Numbered from the stretch's first letter, positions 24,516 through 37,860 are shown. The stretch is DNA of 40,988 nt from Gonapodya sp. JEL0774 (GCA_027604505.1 JADIIX010000169.1:1-40988); one strand, 5' to 3'. The notes: a model not told the origin generated them from the sequence alone. Translations and numbers: made by a program.

Positions 24516-26689
24516 TTAGGGCTTTTGACCCAAGAAGAAGTACATGGGCTTATCCATCAAAAGCGTATTAAAATTACTGTTCGGTCCCACGTGCGTAAAG
24601 AATGATCCATATCTCACCGTGAAGGTTCCCTTTTCACCGCTGTACACTAGCCCATCCGATGCCGTCATAAGCGTCCGCGAGGCGGCCTTGGTGCCTTTGG
24701 GAGCCAATCCAATAAACTCCATGACGGTGACAAAGTTGTCGGTGATTCTAGAAGTTCATAACGTGGAAGTTCAATGACGAGTTACCGCACAAGCTCCCGC
24801 AATAGACTCTTCGGAGACACCAAGATCAATCTACTCACACACCCCCAACCTTGCTCGTTCTGAAGTACCGAACCATCTCGTCAAAGGTCCAGTCCACCAT
24901 GATACCCGCAAGTGGTCCATACCAAGGGCTCTGCTTGCCCCAACCATCGTTCACATCCTTTGCGGCCAGATCGCACTCCTCGAGCACGTTGAAGCCGACC
25001 TGCTTGACAGCCGCGAGCGATTCGCTGGTGCGATAAAGGTGGGCAATGGAGTCACCTTCCTGTCAGAGGATAAAGGAATGGGAAACGCCGGCCAAGTGCC
25101 CGCGAGAAGAATGCCCACCAACCTCAATATCCAACATGGCTTTTCTTTGCACCGGATCATTCTCATCGTACTTGTCCGTTGTACACCACTCGTAGCATGC
25201 AAATTTCCCGCCCGGTTTCAGCACTCGGAAAATTTCGCTGTAAACGTCCTTTGGATGTGGTGCATGGCAAGTCGCTTCGATGGCGTACACGGCGTCGAAA
25301 CTGTTGTCTGGGAAGGGGATAGCAAGGAAGTTCCCCTGGTGGGTAGATCAATTGAATGTGGGAAGGTGGGTGAGAGATATAGCAGCATAAGACCGCGCAG
25401 CGATCCCTGGATGCGAGCGCGAACCTTGACAACATCTGTGATCTGCTCGAGGCCATACTTCTTGTTGTACATTTTAGCCCGCTGAATCTGATAATCATTG
25501 TTGTTGAGTCCGATGACAGTTGCACCAGAAAACTTGGCGATTTCACGAAGGGGACCGCCTTTGTTTATGAGAGAAAGTGGGTCGAGCAGAGTTATCAGGT
25601 GTCTGATACGTCACTCAAAACCTCCGTCAAGCAACCTCCATGTACACTATTCAGGTAACTCCATTTCAAATTCCATTTTCCATCTTCCATATTATTAGTT
25701 TCCATTCCATGTTTGAATTCCCCAACGCGCAACAATTTCGACGATTGACACTCACCTACACCACATCCCACATCCAAAACGCGCATACCGGGCTTCAGCT
25801 GTAATTTGAGCGCTAGGAAATCTTCGTGGCGGGCCAAATTTTGTGCAAACCCGTCGCCGGGAAACATGCGAGCGAAGTGGAAGGAAGTGCCCCAACCTGA
25901 TAGGTTTGAGCGCAATTGCTTTACACCGTCCAACTGCGCTTCACACAACAACTCAGAGCGCAAGCCCCAAAACTTAAAAAAAAACTCACCGTACTCATAC
26001 AAATCAGTCGCCAGGTCGTCTGTAGGTTGTCCGATCGGCATTCGGTTGGTGTTAGCGAGGGCCCAAAGACAAAGGAGGTAAAGGAAATCAAAAAGAAAAT
26101 GGAAGAATTCCATCAGAATCATCAGCCAAATAAATGTCTAATGGAGTGAAGGGGTCAAGTTGGGACGGCTCCGTGCAAGTGCGAGCACTCAAGCTCTGTG
26201 AGATGATCTCCGCTGTATTTCATCAACACTGAAGATTTTGTGGTCATGTTGGTGTTTTAGTACAGTTCCTTTGGTGAATCCGTCCATATTGGGCAGCACT
26301 CGCAGAACTTCCTCGCTTTAACACGGAAAACGTGAGCTTATCATAGAAAGGACCAGTAGGCGGGGCGAGGTTCGATCCATTCAATATTGTAGAATAAATG
26401 TCTTGTATTCCAGCGCGACCCTTGTATCGCTCATCGTTGTGGTAAGTTCCTCTTCTTGCGTTACCCCAGTCTCCGGCGCACAGTGATCCCATGAAAAGCA
26501 CCCATTGCACGTACAGTAGTAGTTTGTCATCTCAGGGGCCCTGGCCTTCCTCTCCTCTTTAACATCGTCCGATGACTGCTTGAAGACATCACCAGTTCCC
26601 TTTCCGTGAGCCCAGAGTTCCTGGTACGCGGTCGCGGTTTTTGCGGAGATTGCGGACGGCGGTGGTGCGTTTGCAGCTTGTGGTGCCAT
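24516..26689 (-). CDS. ERG6: Sterol 24-C-methyltransferase, multi-exon
   Basis: [41 protein letters not shown] (SAM motif), [50 protein letters not shown]. Confidence 0.96.
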
Positions 26690-27102
26690 GTCAAACAGAT
26701 GGGATAACGAATGAAGTTGGTTATTACCACAGACTGTTGTGTGCCCTGATGAAGGTGCCACTTCACTTCGCCTTGCCCAAAGTCAAGCCCATTGAACAAT
26801 TCTCCGAATCTGTGGTCGACTGTTCTGAAGCGAATTTAATTGATTTATTTCAGCTGTGAAGAAAGTTCTTCACATGGCAATAGCTAGTCACCATAAGAAA
26901 ATGTCATGGTATTGAGATCACAGACGTCAAGCGGACACACCTCCCCCGTCCCAAACACTCATCAGAAACACCGAGTTATTCATGTTTCGGTAACGCAGTG
27001 GGGTGTATTTTTATTTTTAAACAAACTCTTAATTACTCCACAAAACTCTTTCTTGGAAAAAACAAAACGGGAAAAGGGGGGTAACCCCATGTAGTCGACA
27101 TC

Positions 27103-30100
27103 TCACACCACCCACTCGCGCACTTCCCTCGCAAAAGGCTCCTGCTCCTCCCCCAGTCCTTCCTCCTCTCCGTCCTCATTCCCACCTTTTGCCTCTTCTT
27201 GACCCTCCTCCGGCTCACCCTCGACTTCCCGGCTCGACTCCCTCGCGCTGTTCTGTTGGTGTTTATCATCGTCGCTCTCGTCTGTCCTCGGCAAGCCACC
27301 GTCGACCATCGGTTCCGCCTTGCCGAGATCAGTGTCCCCTTCGTCCTCATCTTCACCTCCCTCTTCCTCCTCTTCCTCCGCTCCCTCCTCGTACTCCTCG
27401 TACACCTCGTACTCCTCGTACTCCTCGTACTCCTCGTACTCCTCGTCATCCTCTTCATCAGTGTCAAGCCAGGACGGCTCTTCAGCACTCTGCTGCGGGT
27501 ACTCCTTCGCCTCAACTACCACCCCTTCTTTCTTTCTATACGCGGAAGGTGTCTGCGCCACCGTGGACCCACGCCGCCGCTTGGATAACCGACTGGTGAC
27601 ACTCGCCGAGTCGTCAAAGTCTTGACCATTCCGCGCGGAAAAGTTGTGAAGGAGGGCCACGTTCGCGGGTGGAGGGGTGGGGGAGGTCCCGGTGCGTGTA
27701 CGAGTCGTCGAAACCAATGAGCACCCAAACGCGAAATGTGTCAGCCCTTCACTCCCAGCACCCCCCTCCACACCCCACACACCTCCACCTTCCCCATCGG
27801 CCATCTCTGCCCCTCTCGCGCTTCTCTTGTTCGTGCTCCACACCAACACCTTGTGCAGGTGCTTGAAATGCCTCCGCACGGTGGCCCAATTCTGTAACGT
27901 GACGTGCTTGCCGTCCCGCGTGCACTTCGGATCCGCGCAGTAGAAGTGCTTGAGTGCCGGATGATGGGCGGGTTGGTAGCTAGATGGGTTTGCGATTTGG
28001 CGGTGGGCAATAGTCCGAGCACACGCCAACCGATTTCACCAGCCCAGCACACGTAATGCATTCTCACCATACGTTTTCATAGTCCGTGAGCTCTTGGACC
28101 AGCAAGGTGCAGATGGCGTCTCCGCACCGGCATGCGAATGGGGTTTTGGTGTCGATTGCGTATTCCGCGGCGACGGGGTCGGTGGAGTAGTTGATGGCGT
28201 CATCTTTGGCGGTTTGGGCGGCTTTAGCGGCTTTGACAATGGCCAAGGTGGCCATTGTGTCGATGGCGGCGCTGGCGTTGGCGGCTTCGGCGGCTGTGGC
28301 AGCGGCGGCAGCTTTACCGACTGCGGCAGTGGCGGCAGCTTCACCGACTGCGGCAGCGGCGGCAGCTCTGGCGGCTTCGGCTTCGTCGGCTTTGGCAATG
28401 GCGCGGTTGATCCTGGCGCGTTCGCACTCGCGGAGGTGCTGCGAGGGTGCGAATGAGTGTGGTGGGTCTCGTGCAGAGAGCGGGGCAGCTCCGAAGTTCC
28501 CGCACGAATGTCCCCGACGTCTTGTGTTTCACCCAAAAGGCCCTTCGACAAACGGTACGAGTACCATTCCTTTTCCTAGTCCTTCTTTCTTCCTTCTTCA
28601 CTCGCTCCTCACCTCCCCCCTCCACTCACCTCGAGCATCTGACAAAATCCAGTCGACGCTACCGGCCGTCCTTGATCGTCGTACAGGGTGGACACGTGAA
28701 TCATGTCTGTGCCCGTGGGAGTGACAGTACCGGAGGGGGGACTTGGGCTTTGTGTGAGCCCGTCGGCGAGGAACGCATTGGTGGGTTGGGACTGCGAAAA
28801 GGTGGATGTGGTCGGCGGGGAAGGTGTCGATGTCGGTGTCACGGTAGACGGGGATGAAGGTGTGCCCGTGCCTGCGAACGACGCCGTAAACGGCGGCGAT
28901 GGCGACTGGGACTGTGACGTCGACCGCACCGTCCGCTCTGTGGACCCGCTGGCACCCAGTTCCAGTCCCGTACTCCATGTGCCCACTGGTACTCCGCCGT
29001 GGCCATCCCAGCCCATGGACGATGTGGGCGAGGATCCAGTGGTGGTGGTGGCGGGCGACTGTGCGGCGGTGGACGGTAGAGATTCGTCGGACACGGTAGG
29101 CACGACGAGTAGGACAGACCGGCACGTGATGTTGGTGGCACCACATCCGAGGGGGCAGTCACAGGAGTTCTGGACGAAGATGGGGTGGGATGGGAGAGAG
29201 GGTGGCGGTGAGCAACAGGGTTGGAGTGAGCGGGTGTGTGGAGGATACCGCGCACAATCCATTCCCGCTGCTCGGTGCAGGTTCCGTATGGCTCTCCCCG
29301 GCGAGGGTCCGGTGATAGAAACAAAACCCGTCTGTCCTGAAGAAGCGCAATCACCCATCCGATCCCGCCTCTCGCTCACATGCTGTGCACCACCCACGAC
29401 TGGCACTGTCCCCCTCTTTCCCCCCGACCGCAACCTACCTCCCTCACCGGCACCGCCCACTTCCCCGTCTCTCCCCCGCCCCCGCCTTCGCCCCCTCCCC
29501 TGCCTTCCCCCGCGCCCCCGCGCCCTCCCCCACGCCGCCGTACCCGTCCTTGCCCGAAGACCGTGGCGGCCCTGATCGTGCCCATGAGCAAGCCCCGCTG
29601 AGATTTGTGGGCGGTTTGGGTGGCATTGGCGGGCGCGTGTTGGGCGGCAGTCTGAAATGGGGTGAGATGAGTGGGGTGGGGGAAGAGGACAATATGATTA
29701 GATCGTGGGAGGGTTGCGAGGTTTGGTGAAATTGCATAAAAGAATGTGGGCGAAAAAGCACACAAGGGTCAAGGAGAAACAGCGACGACGAAACTGCAAT
29801 GAGAAGTCAAGACATGGAGGAGAAAGCAACACTGAGAGGGAAGAACTTCGACGCGGTCGTGGCCAGGGGAAATGTTTGCAAGCCCCCCGCCCCGCCCTGC
29901 GCCACAGCCCCCCCCCAACCCCCGCACTCCCCGCAAAACCAAAACCAAAAAAACACAACAGCAAAAGAAAGAAAAAGAAAGAAAAAGTAAACAGGGAACA
30001 CGAAAAGAGCGCGGAAATATCAGCCTCGCTCCACCACACCGAACAGCAATGTGCCCTGAGCCCACGCGATCGGTCCCAGAGACCGATAACCCACCACGCA

Positions 30101-31047
30101 CCTGGTATGAATCGGTCTGGTCCGATGTGGGTGCTGCGGGATACGATGTGTGACTGAACGGTCGCCAGGAATGGTGCGATGGACCTGATCCCACCGGTGG
30201 AAGTTGAGGGGGAACATGATGGGATCCGAGACTTGGAGCTGGAGGCGGACCTCGAAGAGGAGGTGGGGCTGGACGCAATGGTTGGGCCGATCCAAGATCG
30301 TTGGGCACTCCCACTCCCACGCTGAGATCTTGACCCAGAACGAGACCGAAAGCTTGAAGGAGGAGAGCAGATTGACTTCCGGTACCTAATCCTTGACCCG
30401 ACTGAGGCTGCGGTTGCGGTATGGTAGGATGAGGGGAGCGGGTGGTGTGGCCGATGTGCAAGGTGCGGGTGGTGTCAGGGAAGACGGCGGCGGACAATGA
30501 GTGATGGTGGTGGTGGTGGATGGGTGCGTGGGGTGCGACGACTTGTGGTTGTTGATGCTGGTGGGTGATGTGCATCGAGGAGGTTTCAACGGGAGTCAAA
30601 GTGGGAGCTGGAACTAGATCGGGAACGGCAGGGAAAAGGGATCGGCGTTGTGTAGGAGTCGGAACTGGGAGGAGGTGGGGTGGACGTGGCATTAAATATT
30701 TAATTAAATGAGTGGAAAATGAGAGTGAGAAAAGATATCGAGAGTATGGGAGAGCAAATGACAAGAAATGGGGAAGTTGGGGCAAGAAGGAAGGGGAATG
30801 CAGCAACACCAGGCTGTCGGGAGGTTTCCCCTCGCGTCCACTTTCATTCCCGTTCCCCCACCCCCAGCCCTCAAGGGAAAATGGGAAAAACAATAATACC
30901 TTGGAGATTGGGGACAGACTCTGTGTTGGATGGGTCGAGCGGTTCCAGGGAATAGCCCGCTGGGAGTCCGGGGAAGAGATCCTCAGGGCGTGGAGGGGGT
31001 AATGGATTCCAGTCCGGAGAGGGAGATCGACTTCCGATTGAGTCCAT
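27103..31047 (-). CDS. Large low-complexity protein with divergent zinc fingers and an acidic tail, putative nuclear regulator
   Basis: Exon chain with P/H/Q-rich, S/T-rich and Ala-rich segments, then PFACRCGDAIC...VC|YQPAHH and HFYCADPKC...VRRHFKHLH (C2H2-like), NLS-like SKRRR and an E/D-rich tail. Start, end and several junctions uncertain. Confidence 0.55.
27385..27447. repeat. 9-bp coding minisatellite (CTCCTCGTA)x7
   Basis: Seven tandem units, two imperfect. Encodes DEEYEEYEEYEEYEVYEEYEE on the minus strand. Confidence 0.95.
28298..28367. repeat. 27-bp tandem repeat, about 2.6 copies
   Basis: GGCAGCGGCGGCAGCTTTACCGACTGC / GGCAGTGGCGGCAGCTTCACCGACTGC / partial third copy. Encodes Ala-rich units on the minus strand. 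Confidence 0.9.
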
Positions 31048-31884
31048 GAGTGGGAGGGCTGGAGATTGGGAATGCTGGATGGAGGTTGTGAGCACCGCGG
31101 AGTCTTAGAGTGATGTGGGGTGGGCCCAGACGACGCACGGGCGAGAACACGACAGAGCGAGACAGAAATAGAAAAGAGCGAGCGTGGAGCCGCGACTAAG
31201 AGCGTCTACTGTCCGCCGAACTCAAACTTTATTGTTTGCTGTGGCAGCTGCTTCAACGAGTGACTACCCACGGCCAAAGCCCCGCTTGAGTCCCTGAAAA
31301 TCAAGAAACTTGAACTCTTTCACCCAATAATTCCTGTTTTCGCCAGGTGTAACCCGCATTCGCTGGCATCTACTGCTTGCTTCACCTTTTCCTAATATCC
31401 GTATCCTCATCACGGATGTAATAATTGTGTTCTTTTTGGACAGGGGTCTCGGTTGGTGTCCCGAAAAGGCCGGGTCTTCTCGGCTGTGCCCCACTGCGCC
31501 CCACCCGTGGCATCACCCAAACTCACTCGCTCACTCGCTGACTTTCACTCTCACGATCGCTCTTATTTTCTGTCAACCACTCCGATCAAATCGAAAATAG
31601 CTGCCAGGTGGCAGGGAGTTGTTCCCGTATCAAGGAAAACATCGCGAGCAGTTGCATATCAGCTATGAGAAATCGTTCAATTTATCAGTGTATTGGGATT
31701 ATGAATGTTGGATTATTTAGGAGGAGACCATCATCATAGTATGAAGATGCGAAACCTCGATGCTTTATTTGGATGAACGGTGGAGGCATCGGGTACTCAT
31801 AGATCTTCCCTTTCCCTCTCCTTCCCCCTTAAAACCCATGAGGAGTGAGTTTAGACTTTAGATTTGAGGGAAGTCAATTCATGG

Positions 31885-32450
31885 TCACGTTGGGCGCACC
31901 TTTTCATTTGAATTGCTAATCCCAGCATTACCGATTGAGTTTGCTCCTTCCAATATTTCCACGAGATCGGTGAGATTGAAGTCTCGTGCACGTTGTAGGG
32001 CGAGCACTCGTGCCTGCTCCTGCTCATAGGCGGCAGCATCATTTTTGACAAGCAGTCTCACCACGTCCGCTCCACTGGGCTGCACCGCCAACACGAAAAG
32101 CAGACGAATATCTGAGTCGCTTGTATTCTCAAAGCAGGTATCAGCACCCGCTTGCATCAACAGCTCCACAATAGAGGTCCGTCTCCTCATAATGGCGTCT
32201 CTGAGTGGAGTCCCGTCATTTTCTGCCCCATGAACATTGGCACCACCTGCAAGTAGGAAAGCAACCTCAGTTGTGTCCGGGTTCCAGGGAACCACCGCAG
32301 ATTCCAACATCTCGTCCAATATTCCCGTTTGTCGCCTCTTGTCCGCCTCATCACGAACATGCTCACGGAGCGTTGTCAGCAGCTCCATGTTCCTCTTCTC
32401 AACGGCACAATACAACATGTCCGTGGTGATGTGGACAGAATGCCCCTACA
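31885..32450 (-). CDS. Ankyrin-repeat protein, 3' exon; upstream part unclear or decayed
   Basis: LYCAVEKRNMELLTTL, EVAFLLAGGANVH...GTPLRDAIMRRRTSIVELLMQAGAD and ADVVRLLVKNDA match the ankyrin consensus. Confidence 0.75.
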
Positions 32451-33796
32451 AAATTTGATTAATGACTTCCAAATCGAGACCCAGAGTGCCCTGCCTCGGC
32501 TGCGAACTGCTACAACACCACGTATGGCAATGACTGCGGGATCATTCATTTCCACCGTTATTCCATGATATCTGAAGGGGGAGCTTTGATTCGATGCCGT
32601 TGGATCATGGGATCTCGTTGCGAGGGTAAGAACATCACAAACACTTCAATTTCCAGGGAAGATTCAGATTTTAACCGGATTTCTCCTCTTCTTCGACGAT
32701 GCGGGACCACTGAAACGTTCGGCAACACAAGCTCTTCGCAACGGTTGTCAGATCAGATTGCGAGGGTTGGTGCAAATGTGAGTTCCCTGTTACTTGTTAC
32801 ATACTATTGATATCGTTATTGAAAAGATTTTGCTATCCTTTGAAGGTAATTGCAATCGCCTAGGAGATTTCAATACCAAATGAAATACTCTGTCTAAAGG
32901 GAAGTATCGCCTTTGCCGACGGGAGTGACAGTATGTTTTTCCGCTGGAAAGCGTTGAATTCTATGCAATGAAGTGATTTCGTTTTGCAAATCATACACAG
33001 GGAGGATTGCTGCAACAGTACATGGGTGTACTGGTCCGGCAGACGCACTTGGGCTTGCAGACTCCAGAGAACGAGGGCACTAGAGCCTGCACCATGGTCA
33101 GGGGTAAGTCGAAGGCCGCGAAAAAACCAGCCTAGGTGCGGGCATTCCCCGCGGGACATGCATGAGCGATGCGATTCGGCAGAAACTTCAACGAAACGTG
33201 TAATTTTCCGGAGAGGTACAGTTCCCCTAGTTAAATCTCACGGTAATAATATTCGCGTCTTGTGGTACATATGCAAAACATAAAAAGAAAGTTGGAACTT
33301 TGGAACATAGAAAGAAGCAGTGGGCCGTCAGAGAACACGTCATACCTGCTGAATAGCACAAGCTGACAGAGTAAATCCTATCCTACCCAAACAAGTAGCA
33401 TCGTCAATGACGTCACTCGCCCGTTACTCTCCACGAGCAAGAGCAATGTCCTCTTATTACTTTGCCCTCGCTGTCCGCACAGTCCGTTCAGATCCCGACA
33501 AAACTCCCGATTGTCACCCGAACGACGCGAGGCTCACAGAAGCTGGGAGCAAGAAATCGCCGGATACATCTAGTATCACCTTGTCAAGTGGTGGCGGTGT
33601 GCGAGATGAACCACTGGAAATGGGCGGGATATTTGCTCACTCTGATGAGGACATTCCCATGGAACTGGTGGATGAAACCGAAATTGAGAAGGACATGCAC
33701 GACAAGGAGTGAACGAATAATAGAACGATTCGTCATGGGTGGATATGTCCTTGGGAGCTATATTTGAATGATGATGCGAAACTACACAACATTTGC

Positions 33797-36512
33797 TCAT
33801 GCATTGTAAGTCGAGCTCGAAACCCTGGAGTCAGAGTAGAGAGAGCGAGACGTGTGATCAAATTTAGGTTCTCTAGTTGCACCAGACAGAATATCCTTTT
33901 AAGCTTACCTTCCGCCACGTCCCGTCCAGTTGGTGTGGTGCCATGTCCCCTTGGCGCCCTCGGATTCCAGCTGGTAGGTGTGTGCTCCAAAATAGTCTCG
34001 CTGGGCCTGAATCAGGTTAGCGGGCACTTTAGCACTGCGGTAACCATCGTAGAAGGAAAGGGCGGTTGAGTAAGCGGGTACGGGGATTCCCCAGAGAGCC
34101 GCTTGAGCTACTGCCCGACGGAAAGATTTCTGGCAGCTGATTGAAAATTTGTCGGGTGAATCAAGTCGCTTAGTACTGCTTCCTTACCCTTCAACTCACC
34201 GGAGGATAGCCTTTGTGAAGAACGGATCAAGGAGCAGGTTCTCAAGGTTCGGGTTCGATGTGAACGCATGGGAGATATCCTTGAGGAAAGCACTGCGTAC
34301 GATCACCAAGCCCAAATAGTCTTTGTAAGAACATAGACCATCGTTAAGCTCTATCGCAATAAACTCACCTGCGGATAATGCACCCTCCTCGCCACATCAG
34401 TGCAATACCACCGTAGTTGAGGTTCCAGTTGTTAACCTTGGCGGCTTCACGCAAAAGCATGAATCCCTGTGCGTACGAGATGATCTTTGCGGCGTACATT
34501 GCCTTTGTGATGTGGAACAATAAGAGGTTAAGACTTCAAACCACGACCAGGAACAGACCGTCCACCGTCTTTAGCTGATAGAACTTCACCTGTCTTACAT
34601 CCTCGATGAAATCTTTCTTGCTCTTGGCAACAAGCAGTTCCTGGGGTTCTTTGGCGCCAAGAACCGCGCTTGCACGCACACGTTCGTCCTTAATGGCAGA
34701 CAAGCACCGGGCGAACACAGCTTCACCAATGAGCGTGACAGGAATGCCATAATCCAAAGAATCGATGGCGGTCCATTTGCCTGTGCCTTTCTGACCAGCG
34801 GCATCGCGAATAGACTCAACAAGCGGGACGGTGGCGCCTTCCTCCTTGAACCTAAAATGTGAAATTAGTAAGAAGAGTCGCCATAATTTCGGATTAAAAG
34901 GGCTTACCCACTTAAGAATATCGGCAGTGATTTCAATCAGGAAGGAGTCGAGTTCGCCCTTGTTCCAATCCTCGAAGGTAGCGGCAAGCTCATCATACGA
35001 AAGTCCGAGACCGTTTTTAAGAATGTCATATGCTTCCGCGATGATCTTCACGACAGTAGAGTATCATGACACTGCTGTTAGTCCTCTGACCCGTCTGCTA
35101 GGAGGCCATCGCGAACTTTGCTCCCCTCACCTGCATGTCACCGTATTCAATTCCGTTGTGAACCATCTTCACGTAGTGACCAGCTCCATCCTCTCCAACC
35201 CAGTCGCAGCAGGGTTCGCCCTCCTTGGTCTTGGCAGCAATGTCCTGGAAGATCTTCTTTATGTGGGGCCATGCGGCAGGAGCGCCACCGGGCATGAGAG
35301 ACGGGCCAAAGCGAGCACCCTCCTCTCCACCGGAAACACCGGAGCCGACAAAGAGGAGACCCTTGGCGGCGAGTTCTTTGGTGCGGCGAATGGAGTCGGG
35401 GTAATGAGAGTTACCACCGTCGATGACAATGTCGCCCTTTGGAAAGTATCAAAACCATAGTCGTAGAACGGACCACAGAACGCAAATTCAATAAGATATG
35501 CGATGGCGGTCTGATGATCGTGTTCCAAATTGGGATTCTCACTTCCTCGAGGAAAGGTTCCAGCTGGGCAATGAACTCATCTACAGGCGAGCCAGCTTTG
35601 ACAAGGAGGATAATTTTCCGAGGTCGCTTAAGCTTCTTGCAGAGTTCCTCAATCGAGTGAGCACCGACGATTTTGGTGCCTTCAGAAGTTTCAACAAAGT
35701 AAGCAGATTCCAATCGATTCTGCGGTGCGCGCCGACAAACGCTCACCCTTTGCTTCGTGGGCGAGAAACTCATCGACTTTCGATGTGGTCCGGTTGTATG
35801 CGACAACGACGTAGCCGTGGTCGTTCATGTTAAGGATCAAGTTTTGACCCTGGAGGCATCGGCCATTTCGAGGACGAGAGGTCACGAGAAGGTCACGAGC
35901 AACCATGGATGAACAATCAGTGATTAAAATCCAGAGCAATCGAACACCCAAATGAGCAAGATCGGGTCAGGAATAGTCCCTTCATGGGAGCTCACCATCA
36001 CGGCAAGACCGATAAGGCCCACGTCACCGCTTGAAACAATGGTGTGGAAACGGATGAAGAAGATCAAAAAAATTGTCACCACAGCAGTGCGATGTCGAAT
36101 TGAAATACAGCGAAAACGAATTCTCCAATCAGATTGTGGAACAAAGCAAACACGATGAGCCATCAACACTTGATGGAGCTCAATCCGACCACGAAACCGT
36201 CCAGAGTGGTTCTTCTGTTGATATCTTTGTCAATATTGAGATTAAATTCGTAAATCCCGTTGTTTGTCGAGTTGTTGGCTTCACTTCCCTGTTGTCGGCG
36301 ACTTTCGCAATCCGTCTCGGGAAACGGAAAAGACGCGGCGGTCATCAAACGACCGCTAAAATCTCACGCCGTGAACAATTCTTCAAGAATGAAATGCTCG
36401 TGCGACATTCTCGAGTCTCAGTGGTGGAGACGGTCGAGTTGTCCACGGGAGATTGCAAGATTGGCATCACTGGGACCAAACCGATAGAGACTCACACAGC
36501 TTCGACAGACAT
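33797..36512 (-). CDS. GND1: 6-phosphogluconate dehydrogenase, decarboxylating, multi-exon
   Basis: [110 protein letters not shown]. Confidence 0.98.
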
Positions 36513-37777
36513 TTTCCAGTGAGATTGATGCGAATGATTTTACGGTGGTTGGATGGGGATCGCTGCTGGAAGTAGGCTTTTGTAATTTTGGTTACGAAAT
36601 CTTTGAGGGAAGGGGCCCAACACGACGCTCAGGGTGCAGGAGTGAGCAAACTGGAGGGGTGAGAGCACGATCACAAAATACACTTGAAAAATCCACGGAA
36701 TCGTCCACAAGGCCCCGTACCGCAAAAATCTCCTTCCCATCAGTCAATTCGTCGATTGCGTGACCTCCCCGGCCTTCTCGGCGTCTCCATCGTCGTCGCG
36801 GGTTGCCACCTCCCGGTTCCCGACAAACTCCGCTCCTCTCCCACAAATGGACTTCTTTGGAAGCCTAACATCAAAATAGAAGTGTGATTGGTCATCCGAG
36901 GTGGTATTTGATGGGAATCCACTGGAAAAATCCAATGGAAAGGAATTTACTCGCTCCAAGAACCAGAGAATATTTACTTTGCTGGAGGAGAAGATTCGTA
37001 AGTTGCATTGGTGAGCTTTCTCTCCTTATTAATCCCTGATATAGGTGCGTTCACGTGCCTCCTAAGCCTTTTCCTTGAAGATCTCGATATCATTGATTTT
37101 GGGCCATCGGCGAACGTGTTTTCTACGTGTTTGCGGTGTTCTTAGTGAGCCATCGCCTCTTGATATCGCCCGTAAGGTACCTCAAAATTCTCCAGAGTAT
37201 CTTCAACGCGTCAAGCTCGAAAAGTATGACCGTGGTGAGCAGAATTGGTTGGGAACCCATATAGCGAGAACCAGTGGCGTTTTCGTCGATTCAAAGAATG
37301 CGGATCAAATTTACAGGTACAATGAACGTTTGATTGATTTAATGAAATCGTTTCATGGGTTTCAGGCTTGTCGAATGTCCACATTCCGATCTCAAATTTT
37401 CGGCAGTTTGAACCTGCACAGTGGACTCTGAAGGAGCAAACAAGGGCTCGCCTTCTCAATTCGAATATACTTACTCTGGTGAACTCCAAGGATGCCACTG
37501 GGAAGAGATAAAACCAAAGAAAGGAAACGTGGTCTGAAAAATGGATCCTACAAATCCCCCTAATGGAAAGAAACATGGAAAGGAGAAAGATCTCCCTTCC
37601 TGGTTCGAGCCAAACAGCACCTCCAATAATCGTGGAGTAGAAGGAAAAGGACCTTGTCTCAAGACCGAACAAAAAGACATTAGAATGCGCTGCTGGTGAA
37701 AAAAGTTTGAGGTCGCTCCCGGAAGAGGAAGGGGAATTTTTGGATCAGCTCTGAACTATTTATTCCCCAATAGCCTA

Positions 37778-37828
37778 ATAATATATATATATGTATCATA
37801 TAGATATATATGTGTATCATATAGATAT
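37778..37828. repeat. AT microsatellite plus ~21-bp tandem duplication
   Basis: An ATATATATAT run followed by two copies of TGTATCATATAGATAT, downstream of the DUF4436-like gene. Confidence 0.85.
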
Positions 37829-37860
37829 CAAAAATCTCTCGTTGACGTAATTGCGACACA

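Noticed and set aside
27385..27447. CRISPR-like array
   Set aside because: A spacer-less 9-bp coding minisatellite in a eukaryotic gene.
33407..33712. 101-aa plus-strand ORF convergent with GND1
   Set aside because: No motif or splice support. It could be a small orphan but cannot be distinguished from chance.
36030..36495. Intronic snoRNA in the long first introns of GND1 (also ERG6 and ATG18)
   Set aside because: Only imperfect C-box-like words and a short hairpin (36157-36181), with no convincing C/D pair or terminal stem. An Infernal/Rfam scan would settle it.
36840..37700. Plus-strand fragments with splice-like signals and an IIDFG string
   Set aside because: The frames are closed by stops and no other kinase motifs are present.
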